A stretch of DNA of 64,000 nt from an uncultured Flavobacteriales bacterium. Lineage in GTDB: Bacteria > Bacteroidota > Bacteroidia > AKYH767-A > 2013-40CM-41-45. Where the stretch lies: assembly GCA_964544885.1 (NCBI GenBank), contig CAZJDX010000004.1:33407-97406 (forward strand), read 5' to 3'. The translations under genes were made by a program, and so were the position numbers. Below the pieces are notes generated by a model. The model was not told the DNA's origin and ran no database searches. It worked only from the letters and a program-made list of their open reading frames with translations. Below are positions 59,276 through 64,000 of this stretch, piece by piece. The number at the start of each line of letters is the position of its first letter. Within the stretch, counting starts at the first letter, position 1.

Positions 59276-60470
59276 TTTTCCTGGTGTCAGAATAGTAGTT
59301 AGCGGAATGGGAGTAATCAGCTCTCTGGGAAATTCTCTTGAAGAGAACCGGTCGGCTTTGCAACAGGGAAGCAGCGGAATAGGAAAGCTTGAATTATTTC
59401 AGACCAGATACAGCGGCCTGATTCCGGCAGCAGAAATAAAATACAGCAACGGAGAGCTGAAGGAGAAACTTTTACTTAGAGGAAGTGGCATCACCAGGAC
59501 CAGCTTGCTCGCACTTCATGCCTGTAAGGAAGCCATTGCCGGCGCCCGACTGAGTGAAAAAACCCTGAGTCAAAGCAGGACTGCATTAATCGGTGCCAAT
59601 ACGGTTGGTGGTATGTGTCTCACGGATGAATTGTATCATGATGCCAACAGTCGTGACAGAGGTTCTGAATACCTGAGTTCCTATGATGCGGGTTCTGTCA
59701 CTCTGTTTCTCCGTGAGTATTTTGGAATCAACGGCATATGCAATACCATCAATACGGCATGCTCATCATCGGCAAATGCCATTATGTATGGAGCAAGATT
59801 GATCAAAAACGGACTGGCCGATCGGGTGATCGCCGGAGGTGTGGACAGTCTGGCAAAGTTTACAGTCAATGGTTTCAATGCCTTGCATATACTTTCTCCT
59901 GAGCCATGCAAACCATTCGATCGTGACCGGAAGGGATTGAATTTGGGAGAAGGAGCCGCTTTCCTGGTCCTTGAACGTGAGGGTTTATCAGAATCTTTAG
60001 AACCCCTGGCTGAACTCAGCGGATATTCCAATACCAACGACGCATTTCATCCTTCTTCTTTGTCTGATCAGGGAGATGGACCTTCGCTTGCCATGAAGGC
60101 GGCATTGGATTCAGCCGGCCTTTTACCCGAGGATATTGACTATATCAATGTTCACGGTACTGCCACGGAGAATAATGATATCGTTGAAAGCAGGGCCATG
60201 CTGAGCGTGTTTGGCAAGGTACCACTGTTCTCGTCTACAAAGTCGAACACGGGACATACACTTGGAGCAGCCGGCGCCATTGAAGCCGCGTATGCCATTC
60301 TCAGCCTGAAGAATGGGGAGTTGTATCCTCACCTGCGCTTCGGACTTCCATTGGAAGAGACGGGATTGATTCCGGTGACAACCTATGTGAAGAAAGAATT
60401 GAAGCATGTGATGTCGAATTCTTTTGGTTTCGGAGGAAACTGTTCATCTCTCATTTTTTCCCGGTACTGA
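59250..60470 (+). CDS. Beta-ketoacyl-ACP synthase (KAS I/II, FabF-like).
   Basis: Active-site Cys (NTACSSSANAI) and two His (HGTATENND, GHTLGAAG). The start is at MLRNTV, overlapping the ACP end by 26 bp. The 59181 ATG is an alternative. Confidence 0.8.
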   Translation: MLRNTVQSNFPGVRIVVSGMGVISSLGNSLEENRSALQQGSSGIGKLELFQTRYSGLIPAAEIKYSNGELKEKLLLRGSGITRTSLLALHACKEAIAGARLSEKTLSQSRTALIGANTVGGMCLTDELYHDANSRDRGSEYLSSYDAGSVTLFLREYFGINGICNTINTACSSSANAIMYGARLIKNGLADRVIAGGVDSLAKFTVNGFNALHILSPEPCKPFDRDRKGLNLGEGAAFLVLEREGLSESLEPLAELSGYSNTNDAFHPSSLSDQGDGPSLAMKAALDSAGLLPEDIDYINVHGTATENNDIVESRAMLSVFGKVPLFSSTKSNTGHTLGAAGAIEAAYAILSLKNGELYPHLRFGLPLEETGLIPVTTYVKKELKHVMSNSFGFGGNCSSLIFSRY

Positions 60471-60473
60471 TCC

Positions 60474-61517
60474 ATGCTGTTCATTCATAACATATCCTGC
60501 ATCTCACCTCAGAAAACATTTGGTGAAATAGATTTGATGACGCTCATACCTTCGACGGAGAACATCTTGCATGCCATAGAGCCTTTATATCATGATATTC
60601 CTGCCGGGCTGCTTCGCAGAATGGGTAAAGCGGTAAGATTAGGTGTTGGAGCCGCTTTGCCGCTTATTAAGGAAATGAAATCACTTGACGGGATTATTAT
60701 CGGAACAGCCAACGGAGGCATGGAAGATTGTATCAGGTTCCTTAATCAGATCATTGAGTATGATGAAGGTACTCTAACACCGACAAATTTTGTCCAAAGT
60801 ACTTCCAATGCCATCGCTTCACAGATCGCATTCCTGAAAAAGAACAAGGGTTATAATATCACACATGTGCATCGTGGATTATCATTCGAGAATGCGCTCC
60901 TTGACGCGATGATGAAAGCGCAGGAGACTCCGGAAAAAACCTTTCTGCTTGGTGGTCTTGATGAGATTTCGGATTATAACTACACAATCGACCGGCTGGC
61001 CGGAAGTTTTAAGAAGGAGGAGACCCCCAATCATGAACTTTATGGCAGAAAAACGGAAGGCACCATAGCGGGTGAGGGGGTCGCCATGTTCATTGTAAAT
61101 GGCATACCTGATAAAGCTCTTGCCTCAGTGAAAGCGCTGGAGTTTTTTCACCTGGCGGATAGTAAAACACTTGAAAGGTATTTCCGTGATTTCCTCGAGA
61201 AGAACCAGGTCAGTGTGAAAGACATAGATCTTTTTTTGAGCGCGGAAAATGGTGATTCACGGTATGATGTATTCTCTCTTGCCATCGAAGCATCCCTTGA
61301 TCCGCAGACATGTGTGATTCGCTTTAAACATACCTGTGGAGAGTTCCCCTCTGCCGCCGCGATTTCATTGTGGTATGCATGCCGCTTCATTCATCATACC
61401 GGAATACCTCCGCATATGCTTAAGAAAGGAAAAGCCGGGAATGAGATTAAGCGGGTATTGGTCTATAATTGCTACATGGGGAAGCAGCACAGTTTTATGC
61501 TGGTTGAAAAGGAGTAG
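60474..61517 (+). CDS. KS-like protein lacking the catalytic Cys (chain-length-factor-like partner).
   Basis: Thiolase fold, but the Cys position reads QSTSNAIASQ. It lies 4 bp after the active KS. Confidence 0.7.
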   Translation: MLFIHNISCISPQKTFGEIDLMTLIPSTENILHAIEPLYHDIPAGLLRRMGKAVRLGVGAALPLIKEMKSLDGIIIGTANGGMEDCIRFLNQIIEYDEGTLTPTNFVQSTSNAIASQIAFLKKNKGYNITHVHRGLSFENALLDAMMKAQETPEKTFLLGGLDEISDYNYTIDRLAGSFKKEETPNHELYGRKTEGTIAGEGVAMFIVNGIPDKALASVKALEFFHLADSKTLERYFRDFLEKNQVSVKDIDLFLSAENGDSRYDVFSLAIEASLDPQTCVIRFKHTCGEFPSAAAISLWYACRFIHHTGIPPHMLKKGKAGNEIKRVLVYNCYMGKQHSFMLVEKE

Positions 61518-61523
61518 GTCTTG

Positions 61524-62255
61524 TCAGTCCACTCCGTATTCAAGCTTGATCGTGATATTCGCAGTCTTCTTTTTGGAACTGGTATTGAAAGAGCCTCCCC
61601 AGGAAAATTCCTCCGATGAATTCTGGGCCACTATCTGGAACACACCCATACTCGCTTTTTTAACCTCACCTAAGTTTCCTCCGGCATTTTCTGCCATTTT
61701 CAAGGCCCGCTGCTGAGCGTCTTTTGTCGCCTCTGCGATCATTTCAATCTTGAGGGCGGCAAGTTTGGTATAATAGTATTCGGGATTATCCGAGTAAAAT
61801 TCTATACCGGAATTGATAAGTTCACTTACCTGTCTGGAAATAGACTCTATCTTGTCAACATCGGTTGATTCGATCTGGACATTCTGCCTGAGCCTGTATC
61901 CGTTAAAGACCGATTTCCGGTTATTCCCTTCATTGTCGAATGTATAATCAAATTCCTTATCAATCTGAACCGCCGAGAAGACATAATTGCTTTTTTCAAC
62001 TCCCTTCGACTCAAGGTAGCTGCTGATCTTTTCACGGTCTTTATCCAGTTCGGCATAGGCGTCCTTCAGTAACATGTTTTTTCTGGTGAAGGATCCGCTC
62101 CAGACGATCAGATCAGAAGTGAAATCTTTTGTTCCAAGTCCGGTAACACTGACCGAATTCGTGTGACTGTTCCTGTTGAGGAATGCATTTGAAAAGATTA
62201 TGGCGGTGATGATAACGGCAGCGGCCAGGATAATCGAGTTAAAATGGTTTTTCAT
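61524..62255 (-). CDS. SIMPL-domain (DUF541) periplasmic protein.
   Basis: N-terminal TM/signal, 243 aa, family-typical composition. Confidence 0.65.
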   Translation of the reverse strand: MKNHFNSIILAAAVIITAIIFSNAFLNRNSHTNSVSVTGLGTKDFTSDLIVWSGSFTRKNMLLKDAYAELDKDREKISSYLESKGVEKSNYVFSAVQIDKEFDYTFDNEGNNRKSVFNGYRLRQNVQIESTDVDKIESISRQVSELINSGIEFYSDNPEYYYTKLAALKIEMIAEATKDAQQRALKMAENAGGNLGEVKKASMGVFQIVAQNSSEEFSWGGSFNTSSKKKTANITIKLEYGVD

Positions 62256-62294
62256 TGAATTGGAATATTTTTATTTGGTGAATGTTGTCTGTAC

Positions 62295-63191
62295 TCAGGC
62301 GTTTTCGATTTTAAGACTTGTCATTGATATAGACCCCATGGTAGTTTTATCATTGAAGAAGGAGATTTTCTCGTTCTTGTCTTTCAGGCCTAAGGTATAA
62401 AGAAGTGGAAGATAGTGTTCAGGGGTAGGTACGGATAATTGGAAGGCCTTACCCTGTTCTTTGTAGTCGATGAGTTTTTGGAATTCGTTTGAAACTATCA
62501 TTCTTTTCATATCATAATTCGCCTGATCTGCCCATTCAAAACCCTGATCGTTTTTTCTCCAGTCTAACATTCCAAGATTATGTACCATGTTTCCGCTTCC
62601 AATAATTAATACGCCTTTTTTTCGCAATGACTTTAACTCCGAAGCAAGTTCAAAGTGATAAGCCGGATGCTTTCTGCGATCCAGGCTTAATTGAATGACA
62701 GGTATGTTTGCCTGTGGATATAAATGTTTCACTACACTCCAGCATCCATGATCAAGTCCCCATTCCTGATCCAAACCCACGTTTGTTCTTTTGACTGTCT
62801 TGCTTGTTTCTTCGGCCAGTTCAGGGTTACCGGGTGCAGGATACTGAACCGCGAAGAGTTCAGCAGGAAAACCGCCAAAGTCATGTATTGTCCTGGGTTG
62901 TTGCATTGCGGTTACAAAAGTGCCGTTGGTCTCCCAGTGTGCGGAGATGCATATAATGGCGGATGGAAGCTCAAGGTTTTTTACCGATTCTTTCCAGCCT
63001 CTGCTGAACTGATTATCTTCTATGGCATTCATGGGGCTTCCATGTCCGAAAAACAGCACCGGAAAAGTTTCCGATGGCTTGAATCCTGAAGTGAACTTCT
63101 CCAGTTTATGAAGACTCATGGAGGTACAGCTAAGTGGTAAAAAGAGTAATGATCTCAGAAAAGATTTTCTGTCCATCACGTAAATATACAA
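62295..63191 (-). CDS. Class III extradiol ring-cleavage dioxygenase (YgiD/DODA-like, LigB family) with a signal peptide.
   Basis: HGSPMN motif and the ISAHWETNG region. The N-terminal MDRKSFLRSLLFLPLS is a Tat-like (RK) signal. Confidence 0.75.
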   Translation of the reverse strand: MYIYVMDRKSFLRSLLFLPLSCTSMSLHKLEKFTSGFKPSETFPVLFFGHGSPMNAIEDNQFSRGWKESVKNLELPSAIICISAHWETNGTFVTAMQQPRTIHDFGGFPAELFAVQYPAPGNPELAEETSKTVKRTNVGLDQEWGLDHGCWSVVKHLYPQANIPVIQLSLDRRKHPAYHFELASELKSLRKKGVLIIGSGNMVHNLGMLDWRKNDQGFEWADQANYDMKRMIVSNEFQKLIDYKEQGKAFQLSVPTPEHYLPLLYTLGLKDKNEKISFFNDKTTMGSISMTSLKIENA

Positions 63192-63203
63192 AAATGCCGC
63201 AGA

Positions 63204-64000
63204 TCAGGCAGGGGCCACCAGTTCCTTCATTGTTTTTATCCATTCGGGATGATCGTTGAGACTCGGAACAAGTATTACTTCACCTCCTCCATGTTCCTGA
63301 AAAAGTTCATGGTATTCGACGCCAATTTCATGGATGGTTTCCAGACAATCGCTGGTAAAGGCAGGGGCGAACACCAAAAGCTTTTTATCTCCCTTTGCCG
63401 CTCTTTCTTTGATGATGTCGTCTGAATAAGGCCTGATCCAGGGATCCTTTCCCAGCCTGCTTTGAAAACAGATAGTATATTTTTCTTCCGGAAGCCCGAG
63501 TGATACGGCGATCTTTCTTGTAGTCTGAAAGCACTGAGCACGGTAGCAGAATGCGTTTTTACTGGTGTAGGTTTCACAGCAATTTCCTGAAAGACATTCT
63601 CCGGAATCATCCGCGCTTTTTATCTGTCGTTCCGGTAATCCGTGATAGCTGAATAGTATATGATCATACTTGTCGGGTTGAAGCATCGACCCGATGGCTG
63701 AAAAGGCTTTTATGAAACCCGGATGATCGCAATAGCTGTTGATGAATTTTATTTGTGGTACTATCTGCCAGGTCGAAACTATTCTCATGATCTTTTCATG
63801 AACACTGCCTGTGCTTGCCGAAGCATATTGCGGAAAGAGTGGCAATACAATCAGCTCTTTAAAAACCGGTTTTTTAAACTTTTGCAAACCATTTTCCAAT
63901 GATGGATTTTGATACCGCATGGCATACTCAACCTGATATTCTTCTCCCAGCATAGCCTGAAGCAGAGCAGCCTGTTTTTGTGTATAGATCAAAAGAGGAG
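63204..64000 (-). CDS. hemH: Ferrochelatase, 5'-truncated by the window edge.
   Basis: FSYHGLPE, the central and C-terminal ferrochelatase regions, and ...SLNDHPEWI. The true N-terminus (NTP-loop region) lies beyond 64000. Confidence 0.8.
   Translation of the reverse strand, partial: PLLIYTQKQAALLQAMLGEEYQVEYAMRYQNPSLENGLQKFKKPVFKELIVLPLFPQYASASTGSVHEKIMRIVSTWQIVPQIKFINSYCDHPGFIKAFSAIGSMLQPDKYDHILFSYHGLPERQIKSADDSGECLSGNCCETYTSKNAFCYRAQCFQTTRKIAVSLGLPEEKYTICFQSRLGKDPWIRPYSDDIIKERAAKGDKKLLVFAPAFTSDCLETIHEIGVEYHELFQEHGGGEVILVPSLNDHPEWIKTMKELVAPA

Noticed and set aside
1-64000. Mobile elements, CRISPR arrays, tRNA/rRNA genes.
   Set aside because: I saw no transposase, integrase or recombinase-like ORFs, no regularly spaced direct repeats, and no cloverleaf-compatible or rRNA-like sequence on either strand. 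A tRNAscan/Rfam run would be needed to fully exclude small RNAs.

Overview
This 64 kb window looks like a chromosomal segment from a Bacteroidota-type genome. The evidence is T9SS C-terminal sorting tails, OmpA/TSP3 proteins, TAnnTTTG-type -7 promoter boxes and an 11-subunit NDH-1 that lacks NuoEFG. Gene density is high and both strands are used. I found no transposase, integrase, tRNA, rRNA or CRISPR array.

Gene content from 5' to 3':
- A truncated Na+/solute symporter at the 5' end.
- A large secreted protein combining a PIG-L/LmbE-type deacetylase with a ThuA-like domain.
- A T9SS-sorted secreted protein.
- A complete nuoABCDHIJKLMN operon (complex I without the N-module), followed by an orphan 120-aa ORF.
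- A minus-strand signalling block: a PAS histidine kinase, two single-domain receivers and a NarL/LuxR-type response regulator.
- Immediately after that, a clade-II-type (Sec/lipoprotein) nitrous oxide reductase cluster: cytochrome c, nosZ, a NosB-like membrane protein, nosL, nosD, nosF, nosY, and a small Cys/His-rich secreted ORF.
- A lipoprotein/OmpA-TSP3 pair, rnhB, and a cell-envelope polysaccharide cluster (GT4, lpxD, PP2C/SpoIIE phosphatase, O-antigen-ligase-like, two tandem Wzz-like paralogs, Wzx flippase).
- DsbD and an uncharacterised ABC importer-like trio.
- A LemA-TPM-TPM module, two small membrane/hypothetical ORFs, tilS, a chorismate-binding enzyme and an FkbM methyltransferase.
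- A compact dialkylresorcinol/aryl-polyene-like lipid cluster: DarA-like, FabH-like DarB, BtrH-like, ABC exporter, ACP, KS plus an inactive CLF-like KS.
- A SIMPL protein, an extradiol dioxygenase and a truncated ferrochelatase at the 3' end.

The most interesting items are the two-component block sitting between nuo and nos (a candidate N-oxide regulator in a NosR-less clade II cluster), the orphan ORF fused onto the end of the N-module-less nuo operon, the uncharacterised nos accessory ORFs, and the minimal dar + KS/CLF/ACP cluster.

All calls rest on reading the translated ORFs and the raw sequence. No database searches were run.
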